Shown piece after piece: positions 12,449 through 24,941 of a DNA stretch of 64,000 nt (its first letter is position 1; each line of letters begins with the position of its first letter). The stretch comes from Scenedesmus sp. PABB004 (Eukaryota). The notes under the pieces were generated by a model. It ran no database searches. It was not told where the DNA came from and saw only the letters and a list, made by a program, of their open reading frames with translations. A program made the position numbers and the translations under genes. Location: the NCBI GenBank assembly GCA_014905635.1, contig CM026548.1, forward strand, positions 1,054,001-1,118,000. Direction: 5' to 3'.

Positions 12449-12734
12449 GGCGGCGCCTGGCGTGGCACGCTCGCCCAGGCGCGCGGCTGGGGGGCCGGCC
12501 CGAGGTGGCCGCGAGCGGTGGACGCCTGGCGCCGCGCAATCAGGACCCCTGGCGATCGCGGGCGAGCGCTCACGCGCGCATTCACGGGTGTGGCTCCACG
12601 GAGGGCAGGCGCGGAGAGGCGACGGGCGGCGGTGCAGGGCGCAGCAGAGCCCGAAAAGCAGCTTGCTGCTGCCGCGCGCGCTCCGCGCCTGCAGTCGCCC
12701 AGATGCGCCGCTCAACGCCTCCAGGCCGATCACC

Positions 12735-15700
12735 ATGAGCTCCAGCGGCGGCCCCGAGCGGGCGCGCGCTGGGCGCGGCAAGGTAGGCGCGGGCCGGCGG
12801 CAGCAGGCGGCCTGGCACGCCTCTGGGGGCGCCCCAGGGGCTGCGGAACGCACGGGCGTGGCGCTCCGGGCGCGCCCCAGCCCCCGGCCAAGCGGCAGCG
12901 CGTGCGGCGGCCGCCGCGGCGCGGCGCGTGCGGCAGCGCGCCCGCTGCTCGGCGCGGCGCGGCGCCGCCGGCGTGGGGCCCGGCGCCGCCGGCGCGGCCG
13001 CCCAGGCGCCCCCGCCCGCCGCGCCCGCCGGCCCGGCGCGCCGCCGCCGCCCGCGGCGGCCACGCGGGCGCGCGCCGCCGGCGCGCGCCCCGCACCGCTC
13101 GCCGCGCGGCCGCCAACCGCCGCCGGCGCCCGCCCGCCGCCTCGCCGCGCGCTGCGCCGGCGCCTCACGACACCCGCCGCCGCCGGCGCTGCTGCTGCTG
13201 CTGTCCCTGTGCAGGGGCTGCTGAAGGAGAAGCTCGAGCTCGAGCGCGTCAAGGGCAAGGACGGGCGCGTGCGCGTGACGCTGAAGCCGATCGAGGAGCA
13301 GCTGACCTTTGACAAGGCGCGGCGCCGCGCGGGGTGGCGAGTGTTGCGGGCAAGCACAACAGCGAGCGGCTGGCCGGCGAGCGGCTGGCCGGCGGTGGCG
13401 GCCGTACGGCCGCCCCCCGGCGGGCCAGCTCCCCTCCCCCTGCTCCCCCCCCCTCCCTCAACCCACCCTGCTCGCCTCCCTCCCCGTCCGCCCCTCTCGT
13501 CCCCTAAACCCTGTCCCCGCGCACCCCTCCTAAACCCTGGCAGGGCTTCTACGTCTTCATCCGCGCCCTGCAGCTCCTCCGCTCCCAAAACGAGGGCGTC
13601 GTGCTCGTCGGCCTCGGCGGCGCGAGCGGGAGCGGCAAGACCGCGTTCAGCGAAAAGGCGCGCCGCGGCGGCGGCGGCAGGGCGGTGGCAGGGCCCCGCG
13701 GCAGGGGCCCCGCGGCGGCGGGGGCGCGGGCGGCGGCCGGCGTGCGCGTCCGCGGGCGCCCGGCCGCGCCCGGCGCGCCGCGCCCGCTAAACCCTCCCGC
13801 CCGCCCGCCCTCAAAACCCCAAACCCCCGTCGTCACCAGGTCAAGGACTTTATGCCCGGCATCGCGGTCATCTCCATGGACAACTACAACGACGGCAGCA
13901 AGGTCGTCGACTCCAACTACGACGGTGAATGGCTGTGCGCGCGGGCTGTGCGGCGGCCCGCCCGCCGCCGCGCGCGCGCGCGCACAGCCCCCGCCCGCCC
14001 GCCCACGCGCGTCTGACACACACACACACACACACACACACCGCCACACGCCACACACACGCCACACACACGCCACACCGCACACCAAACACGCCCCCCG
14101 CCAGACCCCCGCCTGACCGACTACGACCTGCTGCTCACCAACCTGCGAGACCTCAAGGCCGGCCGCCCCGCAGAGGCGCGGCGCACCGCCGCGCCGCGCG
14201 GCGCGCCCGGGCGCGCGCCGCGATATCGCGCGCGCCGCCGCGCGCCCGAGCCCCCGCCGCTCTTGGGCTCCCGCCGGCGCCGCCGACCGAACAGCAAGCC
14301 CGCCGTCCCGAAGCCCTGGCGCGCCCGCGCGCAAAGCCCCGCCGCCGCCGCACGCGCCGCTAAACCGCGCCGCACACGCGCAGGTCCCGATCTACGACTT
14401 CAAGTCGTCGTCGCGCGTCGGCTGCGTGCCGCTGCCCGTCCCGCCCGCGCGCGTGGTCGTGATCGAGGGCATCTACGCCCTCAGCGACCGCCTGCGACCC
14501 CTGCTCGACCTGCGCGTGTCCATCACGGGTGCGGCGCGTGCGGCGCGTGCGGCGCGTGAGCGGCGGGTGTGCGCGGGTGCCTGCGGCGCGGCGGCCGCGA
14601 CCGCCCCCGGGCCCTCCGCGGCTCGGACGGGCGTGCATGTGCGTGCGCGGCGCGAGACGCACACGCCTCCTCCCCCGTCCAACGCTTCCACACACACGCC
14701 CCTCTTGCAGGCGGCGTGCACTTTGACCTTATCAAGCGCGTCCTGCGTGACATCCACCGCAGCGGGCAGGGGCCTGAGGAGATCATCCAGCAGGCGCGGC
14801 GGGGCGGCGGCGCGGCAGCGGGTCGGCTGGGCCTTGGGGCGCGCTGCAGCCAGCGCGCGCGCGCGCGCGCCGCAGCCCCGCCACACAGCGTGGCGGCCCA
14901 CCTCCCGCTGCGCCTGCCCCCCCCCCCCCACACACACACGCACGCGCAGATCACGGACACCGTGTTTCCAATGTACAAGGTGCGCCGCGCCCCGCCCAAA
15001 CACCGCCGCCCCGCCCAAACACCGCGCGCCGCCCAGCACCGCGCACCGCCTCACACCCCCGCCGAGTTAACGGGGTAACACCCCCCCCTCCCCCGCCTCC
15101 CCCGCCTCCCCCGCCTCCCCAGATCTACATCGAGCCCGACCTCGCCGGCGCGCAGCTGCGCATCGCCAACGCGTTCAACCCCTTCACGGGGTTTATGAAC
15201 GCGACCTACATCCTCAAGGCCCGCCGCGACGACGGCGGCGGCGCCGACGTCGGGCCCACGCAGGACGCCGCGCTGTCGGTGCTCGGGGTGGGTGCGCGCG
15301 CGCGCGCCGCCGCCCGCGCTGCCGCCCGCACTCGCTCGCCGCTCGCACTCGCCCGCCGCTCGCACTCGCCCGCCGCTCGCACCCGCCCGCCGCCGCCTCG
15401 GACGTCACAAGTCACAAAAGAAACACATGATAACAAACATAGCACGCCCGCGCCGCCCGCCGCCCGCAGGCGGGCGCGGCCGTGAGCACCGAGGCCGACA
15501 TCTACGACATCCACCTCCTCCCGCCCGACGAGGACCCCGAGACGTGCGCGAGCTGGCTGCGCATGCGCAACCGGGACGGGCGCTACACGCTGATGTTTGA
15601 GGAGTGGGTCACGGAGGGCGACTTCATCATCTCGCCGCGGTGCGCCGCGCTGAGCGTTTGTTTTGATATCGAACAGCTTGAAATTGGGTTGAGTTTTTGA

Positions 15701-16794
15701 GCACCGAGGACGCGAGCCTGCCCGCGGCGCGGGGCGAGCCCCCTCTCGCCGCGCGCCCGGCCCTGGCGTCGCCCCAACGCCGCCGCCGCCGCTGCCGACG
15801 CCGCACCCGCGCCGGCGCGCCGCGCCCGCGCCCGCGCAGCATCCAGTTTGAGGTCAGCGTGCGCGTGCTGGGCGGGCTGATGTCGCTCGGCTACGCGGTC
15901 GGCACGGTCATGCGCCGCACCTCCACGCTCGTGCGCGCGCCGGGCGGCGGCGGCGAGGAGCTGGCGGTCAAGTTTGACGACGTGGAGGGCCTCGGGCGCT
16001 TCGTGCAGGCGCGCGCGGCGGCGGCGCGCGGCGGAGCGAGATGCGGGCGGGGCGCGCGCGCGCGCGCAGGGGCGGGGCGGCCGCCGCGCCCACGCCGCCG
16101 CCGCGCCGCACCGCCACCACCAACACCGCCACCGCCGCCGCCGCCACCGCCACCGCCACCAACACAGGTGCAGGGCAAGGACCGGGACCGCGTCGCGGCG
16201 GCCGCGGCGGCGCTGGGTCTGACCGAGTTCATTCCCCGCAGCTACATCGAGCAGGTGCAGCTGGCCAAGCTCACACAGAGCTTTGCCGCGTTCACCGACG
16301 ACGTGCGGCGGCGGTTCAGCCTGTCGACAAACCCCGCGCACGGCGGCGGCGGCGGGGACGAGACGCCGCTCGGCGGCGCGTCGCCGGCGCGGGCGCCGCC
16401 GTTTGGCAGCAGCCCGCTGGGCTTTGGCGGCAGCCCGCTGCCGCTGCGCGGCGGCGGGGGCCGCGGCGCGCGCGGCGGCTGCGCGCCGGGCGGGCGGGGC
16501 CGCCCGGGCTCGGCGGCTGGGCGGCCGGCGGCGCCAGCGACGACGACGACGAGGCGCTGCTGTCGAGCAGCGCCCCGGTGCGGGGGTCGCAGCCGATCGC
16601 GATCCACGGCGGCAGCGCCGGCGCGCGCAAGCGCAACGGAGGCGGCGCCTCGCCGTCCGCGGCCAGCCCCAGCCCCGGCGCGGCGACGGGCGCTGCGGCG
16701 GCGGCGGCGGTCGCCGGCAGCGCCAGCAGCGCCGCGAGCGGCGGCCCCGACGGCAGCCCGCCCGCGCCCTGGGACGGCGGCGGCGGCGGCGGCG

Positions 16795-16830
<36 letters not shown>

Positions 16831-17445
16831 CGCGCGGGCGTGCCGCCGTCGGGCGCCGGCAGCGGCGGCGGCACGGCGGCGGGGCTGCTGGGGCAGCAGC
16901 TGCGCCGCGCAAGCCGCAACGGCAGCGCGAGCAGCCTCGGCGGCGGCGCGGACGGCGGCGAGCCGCCCGCCGCGCCGCAGGCCGGCGCCGCCGCCGGCTC
17001 CGGCGGCGGCCGCGCCGCCGGCGCCGGCGCCGGCGAGCGCGACGCGGGCGCCGCCGCCGGCGGCGCGCCTGCGCCGTCGGCCGCCGCGCAGCAGCTCGGC
17101 GGCGAGGCGGGGCTCGCGGCGCTGCGGCGGCTCGGGGAGCAGATGGCGGTCGTGGCGGAGGGCTTCCGCCGGCACTCGGGCATGCAGCTCCATCTCGACG
17201 CGCTCACGCACCAATACAAGCATGTCAACGAGAGCCTCGCAGGCCTCGCCGCCGCGACGGCGCGCCTGGGCGACGCGCTCGCGCGCCTGCAGGACGCGCA
17301 GGCCGGGCCGGGCGCGGCGCGCGCGGCGCACGGCGGCGCCGCCGCGCTCCTCGGCGGCGGCGGCGGGCTGGCGCTGCTGGGCGCGGGTGCGCTGCTCGGC
17401 GCGGCGGCGGCGGGGGTCGCGCTCGCGGCGGCGCGGCGGCGGTAG
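12735..17445 (+). CDS. TTM: Triphosphate tunnel metalloenzyme TTM1/TTM2-like protein (uridine kinase-like P-loop + CYTH domain + coiled coil + C-terminal tail anchor)
   Basis: LTFDKGFYVFIRA, VLVGLGGASGSGKT, ISMDNYND, DPRLTDYDLL, VPIYDFKSSSRVG, IEGIYALS, GGVHFDLIKRVLRDI, DIHLLPPDEDPETCASWLRMRNRDGRY, FIISPRIQFEVSVRVLGGLMSLGY and FIPRSYIEQVQL. The hydrophobic C-terminus ends in RRR. Confidence 0.92.
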
Positions 17446-17703
17446 CGGCGGCGCGGGCAGGCGGCGGCGGGACGCGTGCCACGCGCCCGCGCCTGCTTTT
17501 TGTGACGCGTCACGTGCGCCCCGCTGACGGCCGCCTGACCTGCTGCCGCCGCGGCCGGGCGCCACCAGCCGCGTCGTGTGCCCGCCCGCCGATCGCCCAG
17601 CGACGCCGCCGGACCGGGGGAGCACCGCACGCTCCGACTGCGGCGCGCGCTGCCGTCGCTGCTGCCCCGGTGCGCCGCCGCTCCGCCGAGGGCTCCGGGC
17701 GCC

Positions 17704-19269
17704 ATGGTTGACCGCACTGTGCTCGTCTGGATCGTCGGCGCCAACGTGCTGGCGGCGGGCATGCTCTATCAGCGCCTGGACTCGCTGGGCTACGGCATGC
17801 CGCTCATCAAGCACCACGTGGAGGGCGTCCTGGAGCGCTTCGGCCTCGCGCACGCGGCCTACCCGCAGTGCGGCATGCTGGAGGTGCGCAGACGCGCCGG
17901 CGCGCCCCGGCGGCGGCGGCGCCGGCGGTTGCGGCGGGCGGCGCTGCCCGCGGCAGCGCCGCCGCGGCGCGGCGGGCGCGGCCACACCCCCGCCCCTCCC
18001 CCGCGCAGGACACGATGTACATCCTCACCAGCAGTCGCGTGGTGCACCCGGACGGCGTGCGCCCGGGCGCGAGTGAGAGCCCGCTCCGCGGGCGCCCGGG
18101 CGCGCGCCGCGCCCGCCGCCGCGTCCCCCGCCCCCAACCCTCGCCGCCGCGCGGCCGCGCCGCAGTCACGGTGCGGGGCGGCAAGATCGCGGCGGTCGAC
18201 GCCGCGGTGCCGGCGCGGAGCCGGTACCGCGTGATTGACTACGGCTACGCCGCGATCTCCCCGGGCGTCATCGACGTGCACGTGCACCTCAACGAGCCCG
18301 GCCGCGAGCACTGGGAGGGTGCGCGGCGCCCCCGTGGCCCCGCCGCGGCCGCGGCGCCAGGGGCGGCGGGGGCCGCAGGCGGCGGCGGGGCCTGTCGGCC
18401 GCGGCGGCGGCGGCCGCGCGCGGTCAGCGCCGCCGCCGCGGCCGCAACCGCCGGTGCCGCAGGCATGGAGACGGGCACCGCCGCGGCGGCGGCGGGCGGG
18501 AGCACGACGGTGGTGGACATGCCGCTGAACTCGTTCCCCTGCACCACCAACGCGAGCCTGCTGGCCGACAAGATGCGCATCGCAGAGGTGCGGCGGCAGC
18601 TGAACCCTGGGCGCCGGCCTGCCGGCCGGCCGGCCTCCCTGCCAGGCCACACAGACCGCCGGCCTCCCTCGCCGCGCGCGACCCCCGCCGCGCCCCTCGC
18701 CCCGCGCGCGCGCCCGCCGCGCGCAGGCCAAGGCCAAGGTCAACGTGGGCTTCTGGGGCGGGCTCACGCCCGCCAACGCGGACCGCCCCGACGTGCTGTG
18801 GGGCATGCTGCGCGGCGGGGCGTTCGGGCTCAAGGCCTTTGTCGCCCCGAGCGGCATCGATGACTTTCCAAACGTCTCCCGGTGCGCGCCGCGCCCGGCG
18901 CGCTCGGCGCCGCCAGCCGCTGGCCCCACCCGGCCCCACCCGTCCCGCCGCGCTCCCTGTCTGGACCGAGCGTGTGCACGCACACACGCGCGCTCACGCC
19001 CTCCCTCCCCCGCCGTCACCTCCCCTGCCCTCCCCACCCCGTGGCAGGAGCGACGTCGCGGCGGCGATGCACTTCCTGCTGAGCAAGGGCGCGCCGCTCT
19101 TCGTGCACGCCGAGCTCGTCACGCCCGTGGAGCCGCCCGAGGCGCGCCGCGCCGCCGCGCCGCCCCCCCCCCCCTCGCGGCCCCCCTCCGCATGCGGAGC
19201 CCGTCCCCGCCGCCGCGACGCCCCGCCGCCGCCGCCGCCCCACGCCCCGCCGCCGCCGCCGCCCCACGC

Positions 19270-19300
<31 letters not shown>

Positions 19301-20576
19301 GGCGCCGCGCGTGCGCAGGCGTCGCCCGACCCGCGGGCGTACGCGACTTACCTCGCCACGCGGCCGCCGCGCTTTGAGAGCGACGCGGCGCACATGCTGC
19401 TGGACGTGCTGCTCGACGAGCACATCCCGCCCACGCGCGGCTTCTTCCTGCATATCGCCCACCTCGGAGACGCGAGCAGCATCGACGCGTTCCGCGTGCG
19501 TGGGCGCGCGCTGGCGCGCGCGCCGGCGCGGCGGCCGGGAGGCGGGCAGGGAGGGGCGGGGCGCAGCGCGCCGGGCGCGGGGGGCGCGCGCCTCACCCCC
19601 CGCGCCGCGCGCAGGCGGTCAAGCGGCGGCTGCCCGTGAGCGTGGAGACGTGCCCCCACTACCTGCTGTTTGCGGCGGAGGACGTGGCGGACGGCGACAC
19701 GCGGTTCAAGTGCGCGCCGCCGATCCGGGGCGCGGCCAACCGCGACGCGCTGCGCGCGGCCGTGGCTGCGGGCGACATCGAGATCATCTCCAGCGACCAC
19801 TCGCCCGCGCCGCCGGACATGAAGGAGACGGAGAGCGGCGACTTCCTCAAAGCCTGGGGCGGCATCTCGGGTGTGTGTTTGCGCGCGCGTGTGTGTGTGG
19901 GGGGGGGGGCGTGCGGGGCCCATGCAGGGCCCAGCCAGCGCACGCGCAGCGCCGCGCGGGGTCGGTGCGGGGGCCAGCCGCCGGGGCTCCCGGCGGGCCG
20001 CCTGCCGACCGCCGCGCGCCGCGGCCGCGCGCCCGGCGCCGCAGGCCTGCAGTACCTGCTGCCCGCGGCGTGGACGGCGCTGCGCGAGGCTGGCGTGGAC
20101 CTGGTGCGGCTGAGCCACCTGCTCAGCACCAACCCGGCGCACCTCGCGGGCCTGCCGCGCAAGGGGCTCATCGCGCCCGGCATGGACGCAGACCTGGTGG
20201 TGCGCGGCGCGGGGCGGCGCGGGGCGCGGGCGCCGCCGCGCGCCGGCGGCTCTGCCAGGGCCGCGGCGCGGGCGCCCCGCCGAGGAGAAAAGGCTCGGCG
20301 CGGCGGCGCAGACGCGGCGCCGCGCGCGCCGCCGCGCAGGTGTGGGACCCGGAGGGCGCCGCCGACACGAGCGCGGGGCACAACCGGCACCAGCACAAGC
20401 TGTCGCCCTACACTGACATGCAGCTCAAGGGCCGCGTGCTCGGGACGTTCGTCGGCGGGCACCAGGTCTTTGACGCCGCGGCCGGCGTCCACGAGGGCGC
20501 GTGCGGGAGCGTGCTGCGGCGCAAGTGGCTCGACATCGCGCGCGAGCGCCCGGACAAGGCCGCGGCGGCGACGTGA
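17704..20576 (+). CDS. ALN: Allantoinase (amidohydrolase superfamily) with an N-terminal signal/anchor
   Basis: PGVIDVHVHLNEPGREHWEG, AAAAGGSTTVVDMPLNS, VNVGFWGG, LFVHAE, YLATRP, LHIAHL, VETCPHYL, RFKCAPPIR, SSDHSP, AWGGISGLQ, KGLIAPGMDADLVVWDP. Confidence 0.95.
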
Positions 20577-20861
20577 GGGAGGCGGCAGCGTGAGGGAGGC
20601 GGCGGCGGGCGGGTCGGTGGCGGCGGGCGCCGGGCTCCGCGCCGCGGCGCAGCGCGTGCGGCGCGCCAGTGCGCGTCGTGATTCCCGATTCTGGGGCGGC
20701 CGGAGCGCCCAGCCGGGCGCGGGCTCGGGGCGCGGGGCCTGTGCCCGTTGTGCCCGCGGGCCGCGGCCCCGCGCGCGGTGTGACGCGGGCTGCCCCAGCG
20801 TGGCTACGCAGCTCCGGAGCTGTTCCCCGTGCAGACCGAGCTCCTCGGCGCCCGCACGGCC

Positions 20862-23800
20862 ATGGCGGACCTCCCTGGCAGCCCCGCAGTAGGGCCGCGC
20901 TCCGCGACCGACAGCCCACGCTCGTTCCTGCACTGCGACTCCAGCATCTTCGATGGCGAGTCGGAGAGCGTCTGCGGCGTCGTTTACATCCGCAGCGAGG
21001 GCGGCGCGGGGCCGCCGCCGGGCGGCGCCGCGGGCGGCCTGCCGCGCGGCAAGAGCGCGGCCAGCCTGTCCTCCCTGCGCTTCGGCACCTCCCTCACGCG
21101 CAACTGGGCGGCCGAGGAGGAGGAGGAGGCGCGGCGCCGGCGCGGGCGGCGGCTGCTCGCGCTCTCGCTGGTCGGGGTCCTCGTGCTCGCCGCGGTCGTG
21201 ACCGGCGCGGCCGTGGGTGCGCACGCGCGCTGCGCGCGGCGGCGACCGCAGTGGAAGCAGCAGGAGACAAGCGGCAGGGGCAGCAGCCAGCGCTGAGGCA
21301 CGCCCCCGCCCCGCCGCGCGCCCGCGCCCGCGCCCCACGCACCACGCAGGCGCGCGCAGGCGGCACGCGCCCGGCGCGCAGCAGCAGCAGCAGGGCGGCG
21401 GCGGCGCGGTGCCGGCGCCGCCGAGCCTGCCGGCGGCGCGCGCGACGGCGGCCGTCCACACGGAGGTGCCGTTCTCGCTGCGCGCGGCGGTGGCGGCGGC
21501 GGCGGGCTCGGAGCAGGCGCTCCGGTGCGACTCCATCTTTGCCACGGACGAGGTGAGCGGGCGCCCCTAGCTCACAGTCGACCCTGCCCCCTCTGGCTCT
21601 CTCTGGGCCAGCAGCACCGCGCGCGCGCCGCGCCTGCAGCAGCCGCAGCCGCGGGCGCCGGCCCAGCCTCCGCGCCGCCGTGGCTGCCGCCCGCAGGCCG
21701 TCGCGGCGTACACGCGGCAGCTGGAGGCGGCGTACCTGGCCGAGCTGCGCGGCCAGCAGCTCGCGGTCGACTCGGTCAATGTCACGCAGCTGACCTGCGG
21801 CGGCGCGGCCGTCGCGCTGCCCGGCGCCGGCGGCGCGCCGGCGCGCGAGTCGGCGCGCGCGGGCGCGCGCCGTCGGCTGCAGCAGCTCGCGCTCAGCCTT
21901 GGCGGCCTCTCGATCAGCATCGGCGGCGGCGGCGGCGCCGCGCCGGCCGCCGCGGCAGACGGGCCGGCGGGCGCCGCGCTGGAGATCACGACGCAGCTGG
22001 TCATGCACCGGCATGAGTATGTCACCGATGCGGCGGCGGCGGCCGCGGCCGCGGCGCCCTGGGTGGCCGCGGCGCGCGCGGCCGCCGCGGCCGCGGCGCC
22101 GCGCGTGCTGCCGCCGCTGCTGGCGGCGCTGCTCAAGGCGGTCGCGCTGCCCGACGGCCTGGCCGTCACGCAGCTGCCCGCGGTCGTGACGACGAGCGAC
22201 GTGGGCGGGAAGGTCACGCAGACGACCACAGCCCCGGCACCGGCAAGGTGATCGGCAGCCAGACCATGACCCCGCCGCCGGCGTCGCGGCCGAGCGGCCC
22301 CGCGCCGAGCGGCGGCGCGGGCGGCGCCGCCGCCTGCGCGCCCGGCTGCGCCCTGCCCAACGCGGTCGCGGCCTGTGCGGCCGGCGGCGGGTGCACCGTC
22401 GAGCGCTGCCTGCCCGGCTGGGAGGACTGCGACAACGTCGCGGCCAACGGATGCGAGGCGGACGCGCTGCTGTATTTCACCGACAGCGCCCACTGTGGCG
22501 GCTGCGGGCGCGTCTGCCTCGCGCCGCTCGTGTGCGGCGGCGGGCGCTGCGTGCTGCCGGCGGCCGGCCCCACCAACGCCAGCGCGCCGGCCGAGCAGCC
22601 GCCGCCACCGCCGCCCAAGGAGGAGGAGGAGCCCGCCGACGTGGCGCCCACGACCCCCGGCGGCGGCGAGGCGCCCGCAGCGCCGGCCGCCCTGCTGCCC
22701 GCGCCCACCGCCCAGGGTGCGCGGCGCGGCGCGGCGGCGCCCGCGCGCGCCGCCCGGGCCTGCCGCCGCGCGCGCGCTGGCCGCCCGGGCCTGCCCCCGC
22801 GCGCGCGCTGGGCTCAGCGGCGCGCCCCGTCCCACCCCACCCCGCCGCGTCCGCGCAGGCACGCCCGTGCCGCACGACGACGTGGTCCGCGCCGGCCCCG
22901 CCGACACGCGGCTGACCATCGACGCCCTCGCCAACGACGACCTCGCCGGCCACGCGCCGTCCGCCGTCACGCCCCGCCTCGTCGCGGCGCCCGCGCTGGG
23001 GGCCGCGAGCGTCGCGCCACACGACGGCGCGCCGGGCGGGCGGCCGTGGATCGTGCTGGAGCTGCCGCGGGCGCTGGCCCCCGGGGAGGAGGTGCAGCTC
23101 TGGTACGAGCTCGTCCTCCCCGGCGCCCTCGCCGCGGCGCCAGCAAGTGTGACCGTCATCGGCGCGGGTGCGCTGCACGCGCTGCGCCGCGCGCGCGCAG
23201 TCCTCGGAGAGCGCCGCGCGCGCGCGCGCGCTGGCCAGCGCGCGCGCGCGCGCTGGCCAGCGCGGCGCGCCCGCCGCGCCCCCGCGCGCGCCCGCCGCTC
23301 ACCCCGCCCTTTCACGCCGCGCGCGCCGCGCCGCGCAGCCGCGCCGGCGTCGGCGGCGCTGCTCGACTGCAGCCCCTCGGCGCGCGAGGCCGAGGGCACG
23401 CCGCTGCCGGGCCTCGCGCGCGCCGACGACGCGGCGGCCGTGGTGGAGCTGCCCTTCTCTGTCCCTCTGTACGGCCAGCGCTACAGCACGGTCACCGTGT
23501 CGTCCAACGGCTGGATCTCATTCGGCGCGCCCGCGGCCACGGGCGCGGCGGAGCCGTGCGCGATGCCCACGCAGTGGCCCGGCGCGCCCTGCCTCGGCAC
23601 CGGCCCCGTGCTCGCCGCGTTCTGGGGTGCGGCGCGCGCGCGCGGGTCCATCGCCACCGGCTTGCTTGGCGCCGCCGCGCGGACACCGCATGCCGGGCCC
23701 GCTGACGCCCCGCCCCCGCCCGCCCCCGCCAGACGACCTTGTGCCCGACTCTGTCCTCACCTACCACGACAAGCGCTCCGCGTCGTTCGTGGTCCAGTGG

Positions 23801-24941
23801 ACCAACGTCGCCTTCCCCGCGGCCACGTCGCCGCTGGGGACCTTCCAGGCTCACCTCTTCCAGAACGGCAGCATCGGCCTCGCCTATCGGGACCTCTACG
23901 GCACAGACCAGGCCCTCGGCGCGCACGCCGTCGTCGGTGGGTGGCCCACCGCCGCGCAGGGGCGGCGGGGCGGGGCTGCCAGCAGGCGCGCGCGCAGGAG
24001 CCCCCGCGGCGGGCTCACCCGCCCCCGCCGCCGGCGCCGCCGCCGGCGCGCGCCGCCGCCGCCGTCTTGCAGGCCTGCGCGGCCCCGCCGCCGCCGCGGC
24101 GCCGCTGGACGCGCTGCTGGGGAGCGCGGCGTTTGAGGCGTCTGGCGCGGGCGACGACGCGCACGGCACCTGGCTCTATGCGGGGGGCGCCGACGCGCCG
24201 GGCTACATCACCCCCCTGGGCGCCCAGGCCCGCTTCCTCGCGCCCGGCACGGCGCTCATCAGCCACCCCGAGCGCCGCGGCGCCGCCGCGGCGCCGGGGC
24301 GCTTCGCGCCGTGGGCCGAGGGCGCCGCGGGCGGGCCGCAGGGCAGCCAGCTGCGCCTGCTGATCGACCCCGCCGCGCCGCCGCGGCCGCTGCTCAACGC
24401 GCCCGCGGGCGCCGCGCCGGGCGGCAGCCGCGTGCTCGCGCTCAGCTGGGAGCAGCCGCCGGGGGCGGCGGTGGACAACTATCGGCTGTACGTGGCAGCG
24501 GACGCGGCGCTCGGCGAGCTGCTGCGCCAGCCCGGGAGCAACGCCTTTGGGCTGGACATCCCCGGCAGCACGCGCAGCGCGGACGTCGTGCTCGGCACGG
24601 GCTTTGGCCCCGCGGCGCCCGCGCTGCACGTGCTGCTGCTCGCGTGCGGCGCCGCGGGCTGCAGCCGCGCGTGCCCCGGGCGCTTTGAGCTCGCCTATGC
24701 GCCGGCGCCGGCGGCGGCAGTCGCGCCGGACGCAAAGCCTGCGGCGGCGCCGCCAGCTGCCGAGCCAGCGGCGGCGGCCAAGCCCGCGGCGGCTGTGGCG
24801 GCGGAGGAGCAGCCAGCGGCGCCAGCTGCGCCGGCGGCGGCGGCCGAGCCGGCGGCGAAGCCAGCGCTCGCCGCAGAGGCGGCGCCCGCGGCGGCAGCGG
24901 CGCGGCCGGAGGCGCCCGAGGCGCCCAAGCCCAGCCGGTGA
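20862..24941 (+). CDS. Type II membrane / cell-surface modular protein (TM, RRRL motif, Cys-rich repeat, Ig-like, NIDO-like and FN3-like segments, Ala/Pro/Glu-rich tail)
   Basis: TM LLALSLVGVLVLAAVVTGAAVG; CLPGWEDCDNVAANGCEAD..HCGGCGRVC; PVPHDD..IDALANDD; LPFSVPLYGQRYSTVTVSSNGWISFG..AFWDDL..FVVQW..TFQAHLFQNGSI; LSWEQPPGAAVDNYRLYV. One frameshift is needed near 22225. Confidence 0.7.
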
